DNA of 53,648 bases from Bacteroidales bacterium (GCA_019429325.1 JAHYJA010000003.1:1-53648), one strand, 5' to 3'. Numbered from the stretch's first letter, positions 8,983 to 18,484 are shown. Numbers and translations are program-made. The notes: generated by a model from the sequence alone, not told the origin.

Positions 8983-9060
8983 GTGCGGCGGTACGACGGT
9001 ACGACGGTACGACGGTACGACGGTACGGCGTAGAGGCGCAGGGGCGCAGCGGCGCAGCGG
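8982..9060 (+). repeat. Octamer tandem repeats (CGGTACGA)x4-5 then (GGCGYAGn)x4, directly after the stop codon
   Basis: CGGTACGA at 8989, 8997, 9005 and 9013, variant at 9021; ggcgtaga ggcgcagg ggcgcagc ggcgcagc at 9027-9058. Confidence 0.9.
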
Positions 9061-9068
9061 AATCAAAT

Positions 9069-9168
9069 GGTATGAACCCCAGAGCAAGCTCTGGACTCAA
9101 AAAACGGTGCAAGCACCGAGGAATTATACCTATTTTTCGCGTCCGCCGAAGCTTTACGCGAAGGCGGA
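9069..9168. repeat. REP/MITE-like hairpin cluster: two GCAAGC-capped hairpins plus a copy of the 26-bp hairpin element
   Basis: ccagagc-aa-gctctgg at 9079-9094; cggtgc-aa-gcaccg at 9105-9118; tccgcc-gaagctttacgcgaa-ggcgga at 9142-9168. Confidence 0.7.
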
Positions 9169-9186
9169 TTAAAGGGAAATTTTGAT

Positions 9187-9194
9187 TACCTTTG
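9187..9194 (+). promoter_or_regulatory. Sigma-A -7 element (TACCTTTG)
   Basis: Consensus TAnnTTTG about 45 bp upstream of ATG 9239. Confidence 0.6.
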
Positions 9195-9238
9195 AAAGGA
9201 TAAGTTATTCAGTGGTAACTGTTAAAAATTCTCAGGCT

Positions 9239-9649
9239 ATGAAAAGAATTGCGCTGTTTGTCACAATATCGTGCTGCCTGGTGTTATCATCATGCAGTAA
9301 GGACAAGGAATCTGAAAAATTTAAGTTCCTGACAACACCAACATGGACAACTGAACAGCTTCTGGTAAACGGTGTAAGCGCCGAAGGCCCGGGGGAACTG
9401 CTTGAAGGGTTCAAAGGGGATGCCAGGTTCAATAAAGATGGTACCGGAAATTTCGGAAGTTATTCAGGAACCTGGAGGTTCAGTTCTGATGAATCACAAC
9501 TCATTATTCAGACTCCCGATGTTCCGCTTCCCATCATAACAGATATTATACAGCTGACTGCTTCAAAACTTGAAGTTACAACTGTATTTCCCAACCCGGC
9601 CGATCAGACAAATCCTTACAACATCCGAATGATATTCAAGGCGAAGTGA
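9239..9649 (+). CDS. Lipoprotein, lipocalin-like beta-barrel
   Basis: Start moved to ATG 9239; MKRIALF..LSSC lipobox; F-x-x-DGTG and GTWRF pattern; stop overlaps the next ATG. Confidence 0.7.
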   Translation: MKRIALFVTISCCLVLSSCSKDKESEKFKFLTTPTWTTEQLLVNGVSAEGPGELLEGFKGDARFNKDGTGNFGSYSGTWRFSSDESQLIIQTPDVPLPIITDIIQLTASKLEVTTVFPNPADQTNPYNIRMIFKAK

Positions 9650-11898
9650 TGCGTTTTGCCCTTACTGCTTTTCTGTTGCTCTTGTACTTTACTACCGACG
9701 GTTCTGCCATCGCAGGTACAATATGGGGTAAAGTATATGACAATGAGACCAGGCAACCACTTGCAGGTGTCTATGTAATATGGGGAAGGAACCTTGGTAC
9801 AACCACCGGGGATGATGGCAGTTATGTAATAGCACCAGACTCGGGAAGAGTAAATATCACATTCCAGTTCATCGGATACGAAACTGTTACGAAGAGCGTT
9901 TTCCTGCGGCCAGACGAAGCTATTGAGCTCAATGTGGGGATGGATATGAAAATCAGCGAGATCGATCAGATTGTCATAAGCGCCAACAGAACCGAACAGA
10001 GAATTGCGGAACTGACAGTATCGATGGATGTCATTAAGTCTTCTTTCCTTTCGGAAAATCATATCACCGATGCTCAGGAACTAATCAATAAAACCCCTGG
10101 GATCGAAGTCATTGACGGACAAGCTTCAGTGAGAGGTGGCAGCGGCTTCAGTTACGGTGCGGGAAGCAGGGTGCTTGCACTGATAGACGGTTTACCGATG
10201 GTTTCAGCGGATGCAGGAAACATAAAATGGCAATTCCTTCCTCTTGAAAACCTGTCACAGATAGAGATAATAAAAGGTGCCTCATCGGTACTTTACGGAT
10301 CATCTGCGCTTAACGGAATTATTAATTTCCGGTCATCCGATGCCTCAAACAAGCCTGTCACCCAAATCTTTACAGAGGTCGGGGTTTTCGGCAAACCCAG
10401 GAACAGGGACTGGGTGTGGTGGGATACACCAAGGCTCTTCACAAGCACATCATTTTCACATATCAGGAAACTCGACAATACTGACGTAAGCATTGGCACC
10501 AACCTCCTGATTGATGAAGGCTACAGGCGGCTGAACGGAGAAAAGCTCGGACGGCTCAGTTTAAGGGTGAAACATTTTAGCAAAAAGAAAGAAGGCCTCA
10601 CATACGGGATCAGTCTGAATTCAGGATACACGAAAAAAAAGGATTTTGTGCTCTGGGAGGATGCAGCGTATGGAGCCTTGAAGCAAAGCAGCCTGACCGC
10701 CATCGAGATGCATGGCGATTTTCTTGCTCTCGATCCTTTCATCTCCCTGAAGAAGAGGGATCGTTACAGGCATGATCTTCGGATGCGTATCCAGTCATCA
10801 GGAAACAGGTTCCCCGGGAGTGAGAAAAACAACAGCGACGCTTTTTCGGTCTTTACCGAGTACCAGGGATGGTTCAGAATCAATGAGATGGTGAATATCA
10901 CAGCAGGTTTATCGGAGAATTATATCAATGTAACCTCCAATTTTTTCGGCGATCACTCCGGCCTCAACATAGCCGGATTCACTCAGCTGGAAGTTACCCC
11001 GGTAAAGCGCCTGAAGGCTGTGGCGGGAGTAAGGGTTGAACAGTACTCCCTCGACGGGGATAAAGACAAGATAACCCCGGTGATCAGAACAGGTATTAAC
11101 TACCAGGTTGCAGATTATACGTTTCTAAGAGCATCTTATGGCCAGGGATACAGGTATCCATCGGTGGCAGAGAAACATGCCTCCACCACACTCGGCTCGG
11201 TAATGATATTCCCAAATCCCAACCTGATGCCTGAATCGGGATGGAACGCTGAACTGGGCATCAAACAGGGAATCAGCATAGGTACACTGGCCGGGCAATT
11301 CGATTTCTCTGCATTCCACTCCCGGAACAGCGATCTGATCGAATATGTTTTCAACCTTTACCAGGACCCTGCAACCGGGATCTATAATCTTGGATTCATT
11401 GCAACAAATGTTGAACAATCAAGGATCTACGGGTACGAAACTGAATTTATCGTTACCCGCACAACGGAGAGGTTCAGTACAATTGTCAGCGGAGGCTATA
11501 CATTCATCTATCCTGTTGAGTATAATAAATCATCACAGCAGGCTACCGGTGCATACCTGAAGTACAGAAGAAAACACTCGGGAAAAATCAGTATCCTGAC
11601 AAAATGGAACAAACTTGAATCCGGGTTAAGCATTTATGCCAAATCAAAAATCCTTAACATTGACGACGTATTCCTCAATACGCTTACAAGAGAAGTGATC
11701 CTCCCGGGATTTTACGATTACTGGATGGCCAACAACAAAGGTTATATCACAATTGATTGCAGTGTGGGGTACAGGATAAGTGAACCCCTTACCCTTTCGG
11801 TTGTCGTTAAAAACTTAACAAACACTGAGTATATGGGCCGCCCAGGTGATATCCAGCCGCACAGGAACTTCAGCCTGAGATTGACAGGAAGGTTCTGA
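9646..11898 (+). CDS. TonB-dependent receptor (non-SusC type)
   Basis: Signal peptide, CarboxypepD_reg-like N-domain (GKVYD..FIGYET), plug (IEIIKGASSVLYGSSALNGIIN), C-terminal Phe. Confidence 0.9.
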   Translation: MMRFALTAFLLLLYFTTDGSAIAGTIWGKVYDNETRQPLAGVYVIWGRNLGTTTGDDGSYVIAPDSGRVNITFQFIGYETVTKSVFLRPDEAIELNVGMDMKISEIDQIVISANRTEQRIAELTVSMDVIKSSFLSENHITDAQELINKTPGIEVIDGQASVRGGSGFSYGAGSRVLALIDGLPMVSADAGNIKWQFLPLENLSQIEIIKGASSVLYGSSALNGIINFRSSDASNKPVTQIFTEVGVFGKPRNRDWVWWDTPRLFTSTSFSHIRKLDNTDVSIGTNLLIDEGYRRLNGEKLGRLSLRVKHFSKKKEGLTYGISLNSGYTKKKDFVLWEDAAYGALKQSSLTAIEMHGDFLALDPFISLKKRDRYRHDLRMRIQSSGNRFPGSEKNNSDAFSVFTEYQGWFRINEMVNITAGLSENYINVTSNFFGDHSGLNIAGFTQLEVTPVKRLKAVAGVRVEQYSLDGDKDKITPVIRTGINYQVADYTFLRASYGQGYRYPSVAEKHASTTLGSVMIFPNPNLMPESGWNAELGIKQGISIGTLAGQFDFSAFHSRNSDLIEYVFNLYQDPATGIYNLGFIATNVEQSRIYGYETEFIVTRTTERFSTIVSGGYTFIYPVEYNKSSQQATGAYLKYRRKHSGKISILTKWNKLESGLSIYAKSKILNIDDVFLNTLTREVILPGFYDYWMANNKGYITIDCSVGYRISEPLTLSVVVKNLTNTEYMGRPGDIQPHRNFSLRLTGRF

Positions 11899-11918
11899 AA
11901 AAATAATACATCAAATAA

Positions 11919-14900
11919 ATGAAGACCATGAGACCTAATTTAACCTCGCATCTGATAAATCTGTCCCTGTTAATCGTGGTTCTGATCTCCTGCAGAAAAA
12001 CAGAACCCGGGGAAGTGAGAATAAATAACTTCGCCTCCCTTTCAGCACAATTCAGAGAGCCTTCAAGGGAGTACACAACATCCCCGTTCTTTGTCTGGAA
12101 TGCGGAGATTACAACAGACGAGATCGACCGTTTCATGAATGATTTTAAAAATGCCGGCAGCAGACAGGTATTCGTACATCCCCGGCCCGGACTTATTACC
12201 GAATATCTTTCAGAGAGATGGTTCGAGCTTTTCCGTTTTACTGTCGCGAAAGGCAAGGAGCTTGGTATGGATGTATGGATCTATGACGAGAATTCATATC
12301 CGAGCGGTTTTGCCGGGGGACATGTGCCTGCTGAGATGCCGGAATCCTGGAATCAGGGGCAGGGGCTCAGGATGACGGCATTTGAAATTTTACCCGATAC
12401 AGCAGAAAAATATTTCCTCTGCCTGAGGGAAACGGACGGGAAGTACGTTGATATCACATCAATAGTTAACGAAGAAAAGGGTAAAACAGGAAAATACTTC
12501 CTGTTCTCAAAAAGCTATCATGGGAAATCAGACTGGTACGGAGGTTTTTCATATGTAGATCTTCTTCACCCGGGCGTTACACAGAAATTTATCGATATCA
12601 CAATGGCCGGTTACGAAAAATATGCCGGTGAGGATTTCGGCAAGACAATCCCCGGGGTCTTCACCGACGAACCCCAGATCAATTCACCGGGAGGTATCCG
12701 ATGGACCCCTGACCTGTTTGACATCTTTTCCGAAAAATGGGGTTATGATCTCAAACTTCATCTCCCGCTATTGTATGAGGATACAGGTGACTTCAAGCGG
12801 ATAAGGCATAATTACACTCAGACCCTGCTGCAGCTTTTTATCGACAGATGGGCCAAACCCTGGTATCAGTACTGTGAGGAGAAAGGGCTTAAGTTCACAG
12901 GCCACTACTGGGAGCATGAGTGGCCCAATATGCGTCCCGGAGGAGATAATATGGCAATGTACGCATGGCATCATGTTCCGGGAATAGACATGTTATTCAA
13001 TCAATGGAATGACTCATCCGTCAGGGCACAGTTCGGAAATGTCAGGTCGGTTAAGGAGCTTGCCAGTGCGGCGAACCAGACAGGGCGCCAGAGGACCCTC
13101 AGCGAAACATACGGTGGCTCTGGGTGGGAACTCACCCTTGCAGAAATGAAAAGGAACGGCGACTGGGAATACGCGCTCGGAGTGAATCTGATGAACCAGC
13201 ACCTTACTTACTTCACTCTCGCAGGAGCCAGGAAAAACGATTACCCTCCTTCATTCGATTATCATCAGCCATGGTGGAACTCCTATAAATATATCAACGA
13301 TCACTATGCAAGATTATCACTTGCCCTCTCTTCAGGCAGGCAGGTCAATGACATACTGGTGATTGAGCCTACAACCACCGCCTGGCTATATGACTCATAT
13401 GCAAAGAGAAGCCAGAAAGTAACTGAAACGGGGCAGGCATTTCAGAATTTTATAACCAGGCTCGAAAAAAGCCAGGTTGAATACGACCTCGGATCAGAAA
13501 ATATCATAAAGGATCTGGGATCTGTCAGCAGAGGGAAATTCATCGTCGGACAATCCGGCTATTCAAGAGTAGTGATCCCGCCACTTACAGAAAACCTCGA
13601 CCTGGCCACTTACCAGCTTCTGAGGAAATTTGCCTCCGCGGGCGGAACCATTATTGCCTTTTCGGTGCCGACACTGGTGGAGGGCGCGATAAACGACGAA
13701 CTAATGGAGTTCTTCGATACCAATTCCAAAAGTATCATCTTCGGTGATGAGCTTTCGGATCATTTTATCCGTGAAAATCTCAGCGACCCCTCATTGGAGT
13801 TCACCGATACTGAAGGGGGCTCTCTATACCATCACCGGAGAATTCTTAGCGACGGTCAGGTACTCTTCCTGGTAAACTCAAGTCTTGAGCAGGAGCTGTC
13901 CGGTTCCGTCAGAATTGCAGGAAAAGGAGCAGTGGAATTGAATACACTTACCGGAGAGGTAAATGGTTATCCGTACCAGCCAGAAGGTAAAAGGATTAAC
14001 ATTGAATATTCCCTGCCTCCTGCAGGAAGCCTGCTTCTGTTTATCCCGTCCGCAAGGCAGAACGACCCGGACATACCGCTTAAACCCGTGGACCTTAAGC
14101 CATTGCCCGGTGATTCTCCGCTGACGGTGGCAAAGGACAGGGAGAATGTGCTGATGATTGATTTCTGTGATATCCGGATCGGCGGTGAAGTGATCAGGGA
14201 TCTTCATACATGGCAGGCTGCCGACAGGATTTTCAGACATTACGGGTTTACAAACGGCAACCCCTGGAATACCTCTGTTCAGTACAGGACCCGGACCATT
14301 GACCGCGACACCTTCAGCATTAAATCAGGTTTTACCGCTTCATATTATTTCGAAGTGAAAGAGGTAACTGATTTCTCATCATTCCGCGCGGTCGTGGAAC
14401 GGCCTTATCTCTGGGAAGTAAAAATAAACGGGAAAGAGATCAGGGCTGCGGAGGGCGAGTGGTGGCTCGACAGATCTTTCGGAGTTTTTGATATCGGTGG
14501 ATACGTAAAAGCAGGAAGGAATGTCTTAACGATAACCGCCTCACCCATGAGAATCCATGCTGAAGTGGAACCGGTATTTATTCTCGGGGATTTTTCAATA
14601 GAACCGGCCGAAAAAGGATGGACGATCACCAAAAACAATAATGAACTTACGACAGGTAGCTGGAAAGAACAGGGTCTGCCATTTTATTCGTGGGGAGTGA
14701 CCTACAGCAAGGTGTTCAATATTGATAACCCGGAGGGAACTTTTGAAATCGGATTGGGTGAATGGGAAGGTACTGTAGCAGAGGTTTTTGTAAACGATCA
14801 GCAGGCCGGTATCATAGCATTCCCTCCTTATCGCACCCCTGTTACAGCGTTAATAAAGCCCGGATCCAACAAGGTTGACGTGAGAGTTACCGGAAGCCTT

Positions 14901-15053
14901 AAGAACCTGCTGGGTCCCCATCATAATAATCCGGCACCGGGACTGGTCTCACCGGGATCATGGAGAAATGTAAAGGCTTACCCTTCGGGCAGGGATTACC
15001 AGATGAAAGATTACGGGTTGATGGAGGAGTTTGTGCTCCTGCAGGGGAAATAA
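11919..15053 (+). CDS. Large GH106-like glycoside hydrolase, probable lipoprotein
   Basis: LISC lipobox; PFFVWN, HPRPGL, WIYDENSYPSGFAGG, FTDEP, SETYGGSGW; C-terminal beta-sandwich domains. Confidence 0.75.
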   Translation: MKTMRPNLTSHLINLSLLIVVLISCRKTEPGEVRINNFASLSAQFREPSREYTTSPFFVWNAEITTDEIDRFMNDFKNAGSRQVFVHPRPGLITEYLSERWFELFRFTVAKGKELGMDVWIYDENSYPSGFAGGHVPAEMPESWNQGQGLRMTAFEILPDTAEKYFLCLRETDGKYVDITSIVNEEKGKTGKYFLFSKSYHGKSDWYGGFSYVDLLHPGVTQKFIDITMAGYEKYAGEDFGKTIPGVFTDEPQINSPGGIRWTPDLFDIFSEKWGYDLKLHLPLLYEDTGDFKRIRHNYTQTLLQLFIDRWAKPWYQYCEEKGLKFTGHYWEHEWPNMRPGGDNMAMYAWHHVPGIDMLFNQWNDSSVRAQFGNVRSVKELASAANQTGRQRTLSETYGGSGWELTLAEMKRNGDWEYALGVNLMNQHLTYFTLAGARKNDYPPSFDYHQPWWNSYKYINDHYARLSLALSSGRQVNDILVIEPTTTAWLYDSYAKRSQKVTETGQAFQNFITRLEKSQVEYDLGSENIIKDLGSVSRGKFIVGQSGYSRVVIPPLTENLDLATYQLLRKFASAGGTIIAFSVPTLVEGAINDELMEFFDTNSKSIIFGDELSDHFIRENLSDPSLEFTDTEGGSLYHHRRILSDGQVLFLVNSSLEQELSGSVRIAGKGAVELNTLTGEVNGYPYQPEGKRINIEYSLPPAGSLLLFIPSARQNDPDIPLKPVDLKPLPGDSPLTVAKDRENVLMIDFCDIRIGGEVIRDLHTWQAADRIFRHYGFTNGNPWNTSVQYRTRTIDRDTFSIKSGFTASYYFEVKEVTDFSSFRAVVERPYLWEVKINGKEIRAAEGEWWLDRSFGVFDIGGYVKAGRNVLTITASPMRIHAEVEPVFILGDFSIEPAEKGWTITKNNNELTTGSWKEQGLPFYSWGVTYSKVFNIDNPEGTFEIGLGEWEGTVAEVFVNDQQAGIIAFPPYRTPVTALIKPGSNKVDVRVTGSLKNLLGPHHNNPAPGLVSPGSWRNVKAYPSGRDYQMKDYGLMEEFVLLQGK

Positions 15054-15089
15054 GTCGTGCAGGTCGTGCAGGTCGTGCAGGTCGTGCAG
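15054..15089 (+). repeat. (GTCGTGCAG)x4 perfect nonamer repeat beginning at the base after the TAA stop
   Basis: Read directly; same unit family as 4758-4802. Confidence 0.95.
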
Positions 15090-15238
15090 TCTTTTATGAC
15101 CCTGAGGCGTTGCGCAATAGACAATAAGACATCCTGTATTATCGGTCCGGATTTTTCGAATAGGTTGCAGAAGCCTGCTACAGATGGCTTATATTAGACA
15201 TACTCCTTTAGAACTATTGCATCTTTGAAATTATTTTC

Positions 15239-15246
15239 TACTTTTG
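15239..15246 (+). promoter_or_regulatory. Sigma-A -7 element (TACTTTTG)
   Basis: Consensus match about 100 bp upstream of the FadL-like gene. Confidence 0.55.
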
Positions 15247-15348
15247 ACCCTGCTTCAGATCTTTGAATTATTTAACTGACCATTTTAAAAGGGGAAAGGG
15301 TGTGTTTAACAGCACTTGCTCCCGAGTTTTAAACTTAAAAATTATCCT

Positions 15349-16983
15349 ATGAGAAAATTTTTGATTTCTGTTATCGGAACACTGATTACCGGTAGCATGT
15401 TTGCCGGTGGACTGGTTACCAATACCAATCAGAGTGCGCTCTACACGCGCCTGCAAAGCCGGAATGCCTCAACAGGCATAGATGCTGTTTATTATAACCC
15501 GGCAGGATTAACAAAGCTCGGTGATGGTTTTTTCTTTTCTGTAAACAATCAGACAATCGGACAAACGAGATCTGTCCTCAATAACTACACTTATCTTACT
15601 GGTAGTCCGAAAGAGTATATCGGTACCGTAAGTGCACCATTGTTCCCGAGTGTTTATGCGGCATTCAAAGCCGGGAAATTTGCCGTGTCGGCCGGCTTTA
15701 ATCCGATTGGAGGGGGCGGCGGAGCAACTTATGAAGATGGTTTGCCTTCCTTTGAGATGTCCATTGCCGATCTTGTACCTCTGCTTGTCAGCCGCGGAAT
15801 ACCCGCAACACAATATTCAGCCGACATTTTCTTCGAGGGAACTTCCACATATTTCGGCTATCAGGCCAATGTTTCATATGAGATAAATAAAATGCTCTCT
15901 GTTGCAGCAGGTGTCAGGTATGTAACTGCAAAAAACACCTATAACGGAGCCCTGAAAAGCATTATGGTCAATCCTGCCTATCCTGCATTTGGCGCAGGGT
16001 ACACCGGAGGTATGGTACTTGCAAGTGATTTCTTCGCTTCTGGTGCAACAACCCTTACCGGCTTAGCAGGAGGAGCAACTGCCTTATCAGCGCTTATCGC
16101 CGGCAAAATTGCCGGGGGTGTCGATCCTACAACTCTTCTGACGGATGCGGCTACCAATGGATTAGAGCCCACTCAAATCGGCACAATACAGGCAATTGTT
16201 ACTGCGGCTCAAATGAATCCTGAAGGGATAAACATTGCCACCGCCCAGGCGATTATGACTGCTGCTGCACCGCAGTTCACGGCAAATGCCGGCGCCATGG
16301 CAATGTATTCCGTTGCAACACAAGATATTGAGGTTGATGCTGAACAAACAGGATCAGGTTTTGCACCTATTATCAGCGTTAACATTTCACCTGTTGACAA
16401 CCTCAATATAGCTCTTAGATATGAATTCAAAACCAAGCTTGAACTGACGACTAAAGTATTTGACAACAAAGGTGGTGGCGTATTTACTGATGGCCAGAAG
16501 GTTATTGCCGACATGCCTGCAATGTTTGCTGCCGGTGTTGAGTTCAGACCAATCGACAGGCTGATGGTCACGGGAAGCATGAATGTTTATTTTGACAAGA
16601 ATAATGACTATGACGGAAGTGAATCGTTTGAAGTCGACATGATCAACAAAAACTTCAAAGAATTCGCACTGGGCGCAGAACTCGGGCTGACCAGAAAGAT
16701 ACGTGTCAGTGCAGGCTGGCTTGGTACCTTTACAGGGGTCAATGAATTGTACCAGAACGACCAGAGATACAGCACCAATTCAAATACATTCGGAGGAGGG
16801 CTGGGAATACGCCTCCTGCCGATGGTAGACCTCAATATCGGAGGACAGTACACAATCTATGCCGAAGGCTCGAAAGGATACAACTATATGCTCGGACAGA
16901 TAGCTGTTCCGGTTACGGAGACCTATGACAAAGACACATGGATTATCGGTGCCGGACTTGATTTCTTTTTCGGGAAAAGATAA
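15349..16983 (+). CDS. FadL/OmpP1-family outer-membrane transporter (long-chain fatty acid / hydrophobic compound)
   Basis: Start at ATG 15349; GGLVTNTNQS, DAVYYNPAGL and GGGGA motifs; beta-strand C-terminus. Confidence 0.8.
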   Translation: MRKFLISVIGTLITGSMFAGGLVTNTNQSALYTRLQSRNASTGIDAVYYNPAGLTKLGDGFFFSVNNQTIGQTRSVLNNYTYLTGSPKEYIGTVSAPLFPSVYAAFKAGKFAVSAGFNPIGGGGGATYEDGLPSFEMSIADLVPLLVSRGIPATQYSADIFFEGTSTYFGYQANVSYEINKMLSVAAGVRYVTAKNTYNGALKSIMVNPAYPAFGAGYTGGMVLASDFFASGATTLTGLAGGATALSALIAGKIAGGVDPTTLLTDAATNGLEPTQIGTIQAIVTAAQMNPEGINIATAQAIMTAAAPQFTANAGAMAMYSVATQDIEVDAEQTGSGFAPIISVNISPVDNLNIALRYEFKTKLELTTKVFDNKGGGVFTDGQKVIADMPAMFAAGVEFRPIDRLMVTGSMNVYFDKNNDYDGSESFEVDMINKNFKEFALGAELGLTRKIRVSAGWLGTFTGVNELYQNDQRYSTNSNTFGGGLGIRLLPMVDLNIGGQYTIYAEGSKGYNYMLGQIAVPVTETYDKDTWIIGAGLDFFFGKR

Positions 16984-17006
16984 CCTGTAATATATTCAAC
17001 CACATT

Positions 17007-17037
17007 AAGGGGGATCTGCCAACAGGTCCCCCTTTTT
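17007..17037 (+). terminator. Rho-independent terminator, possibly bidirectional
   Basis: aagggggatctg-ccaa-caggtccccctt followed by a T run, between convergent genes. Confidence 0.8.
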
Positions 17038-17047
17038 ATCGGGGGCA

Positions 17048-17740
17048 TTAGTATCTTATCCCCTGCGAATTAAGGTGTCTTAGTATCATCTCCCGCCGGG
17101 GGATACCTGAGAAGACCAGTTTCCTGTACCATTCGGATGCCAGTGTCTTATTACCCGTCTGCTCAGCCAGCTTTATTATATTAAGGTAAAGCAACCCACC
17201 GGTCATCCTGCTCCCGTCCTCAGCCGCTCTTGCCATTCCAATGAAACTGTCCAGTGCCTGTGATGATTCTCCCTTCCCGTTCAGGGCAAAAGCTTCCTCG
17301 ATGGCATTATTCAGAGCAGGATCAGTAGTGATCCCATAAAATGAGAAACAGTTGTCAGTACAATCCTCAATCAGATCGATCCATCCGGGTTCACTCTGTA
17401 ATGGCGGAAAGGTCAGAATAAAGTCGAGCCGCTCCCCCGGCAGTTTGAATCTATAAACATCGGGGCATACAGGGATCCCGTTTGAGGAGACCAGCTTCAT
17501 TCGGCTCCCGTCAGGACCGACAATGAATGTATTGATATCTGCACAGAAGTACCCGCCGCTTATCCGGTTCTCCAAACTCATAAAAAACGTTGTGGCCAGA
17601 GGAGTTATTTCAATCCTGTTTATCTCCAGCGTTTCATGGCTCTTGAGGGCATAATTGGGCTTATACACAGTTTGCGCCCGTGAAGCCATTGTCAGACTTA
17701 AAATTAACAGTAATTGCAGCAGTATCCATTTTCTTTTCAT
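17048..17740 (-). CDS. Secreted hypothetical protein (beta-rich domain with 4 Cys plus TPR-like C-terminus)
   Basis: 230-aa ORF with signal peptide; F-L-FPPL..IDLIE pattern seen in Bacteroidota periplasmic domains. Confidence 0.65.
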   Translation of the reverse strand: MKRKWILLQLLLILSLTMASRAQTVYKPNYALKSHETLEINRIEITPLATTFFMSLENRISGGYFCADINTFIVGPDGSRMKLVSSNGIPVCPDVYRFKLPGERLDFILTFPPLQSEPGWIDLIEDCTDNCFSFYGITTDPALNNAIEEAFALNGKGESSQALDSFIGMARAAEDGSRMTGGLLYLNIIKLAEQTGNKTLASEWYRKLVFSGIPRREMILRHLNSQGIRY

Positions 17741-17866
17741 TCCGTAGCTTTATTTATTCTCCGGTCATTGCGAGTCCCGTGTAACGGGACGAAGCAATCC
17801 GTGGTTTTATTTATTCTCCGGTCATTGCGAGTCCCGCTAAGCGGGACGAAGCAATCCGTTGCTTTT
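17741..17866. repeat. 57-bp tandem duplication of a GTCATTGCGAG..GAAGCAATC palindromic (REP/RPE-like) element
   Basis: Cores start at 17764 and 17821; inner hairpins gtcccgt-gta-acgggac and gtcccgc-taa-gcgggac. Confidence 0.9.
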
Positions 17867-17879
17867 AGTAAAATTTATC

Positions 17880-18302
17880 TTACCGCCTCCCTGCCCTTTT
17901 GTCTCTCCGTTTACCGGTTCTCCTTGTTCTCTTTTTCAAAAAATCCCTCATATTCCAGATTAAAGATATCAATAATACTGCCAGAAAAGCATAAAGGGTG
18001 ATATTATCAACCAGCATTGCATTTACATCGAGTCCGGTCAGCCGGTCTGTAAGGTACTTTATGTAAGATGACGGGAGACCCGTATTTCCGAGTTTTTCAA
18101 GAACGGCGAAGTGCCAGTCGGTCAGAGGGCAATAACCCATAGTCCCGGTTATCAGCCCCAAAAACAACCAGGAAGAACCTGTCAGTACAAGAGTCACCAT
18201 GTTCAATACCCTTGTTTTTTTCCAGATCCAGCCAAAGAGATTGAAGAAAATAAGTGAGGTGTGAAAAACCACAAAGAACATGTCAAGTATGCGGTAAACC
18301 AT
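17880..18302 (-). CDS. DUF2784-family membrane protein
   Basis: Start taken at ATG 18302; TM helices; GYCPLTDWH motif. Confidence 0.75.
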   Translation of the reverse strand: MVYRILDMFFVVFHTSLIFFNLFGWIWKKTRVLNMVTLVLTGSSWLFLGLITGTMGYCPLTDWHFAVLEKLGNTGLPSSYIKYLTDRLTGLDVNAMLVDNITLYAFLAVLLISLIWNMRDFLKKRTRRTGKRRDKRAGRR

Positions 18303-18427
18303 TATTAAGCTTTTTGATCTCTGCAAATTTCGTTAAAAAAATGATAAAGTCTCCAGGGCTGACAATCAATGTTATAAGGAGAGCCTGATTATATATTGTT
18401 CATTTCCAACAATATATTAAAAAAGTT

Positions 18428-18484
18428 TGTAACAATTTCTTAATTGCTCCTTAACCCCGCTGAAACAGTATCGCCATACCTTCG
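18428..18484 (+). promoter_or_regulatory. Candidate Pho-box array (four direct repeats at 11-bp spacing) plus -7 element TACCTTCG
   Basis: GTAAC 18429, TTAAT 18440, TTAAC 18451, GAAAC 18462; -7-like box at 18477-18484; upstream of a gene run ending in phoB/phoR-like genes. Confidence 0.55.

Noticed and set aside
9646-11898. SusC or BtuB assignment
   Set aside because: Too short for SusC, lacks its motifs and a SusD partner; no cobalamin riboswitch recognised upstream
17741-17866. Possible mini-CRISPR
   Set aside because: Only two units with near-identical linkers; variation lies inside the hairpin
17714-18001. 95-aa ORF with an internal peptide repeat
   Set aside because: Product of the 57-bp DNA repeat; antisense to two better genes
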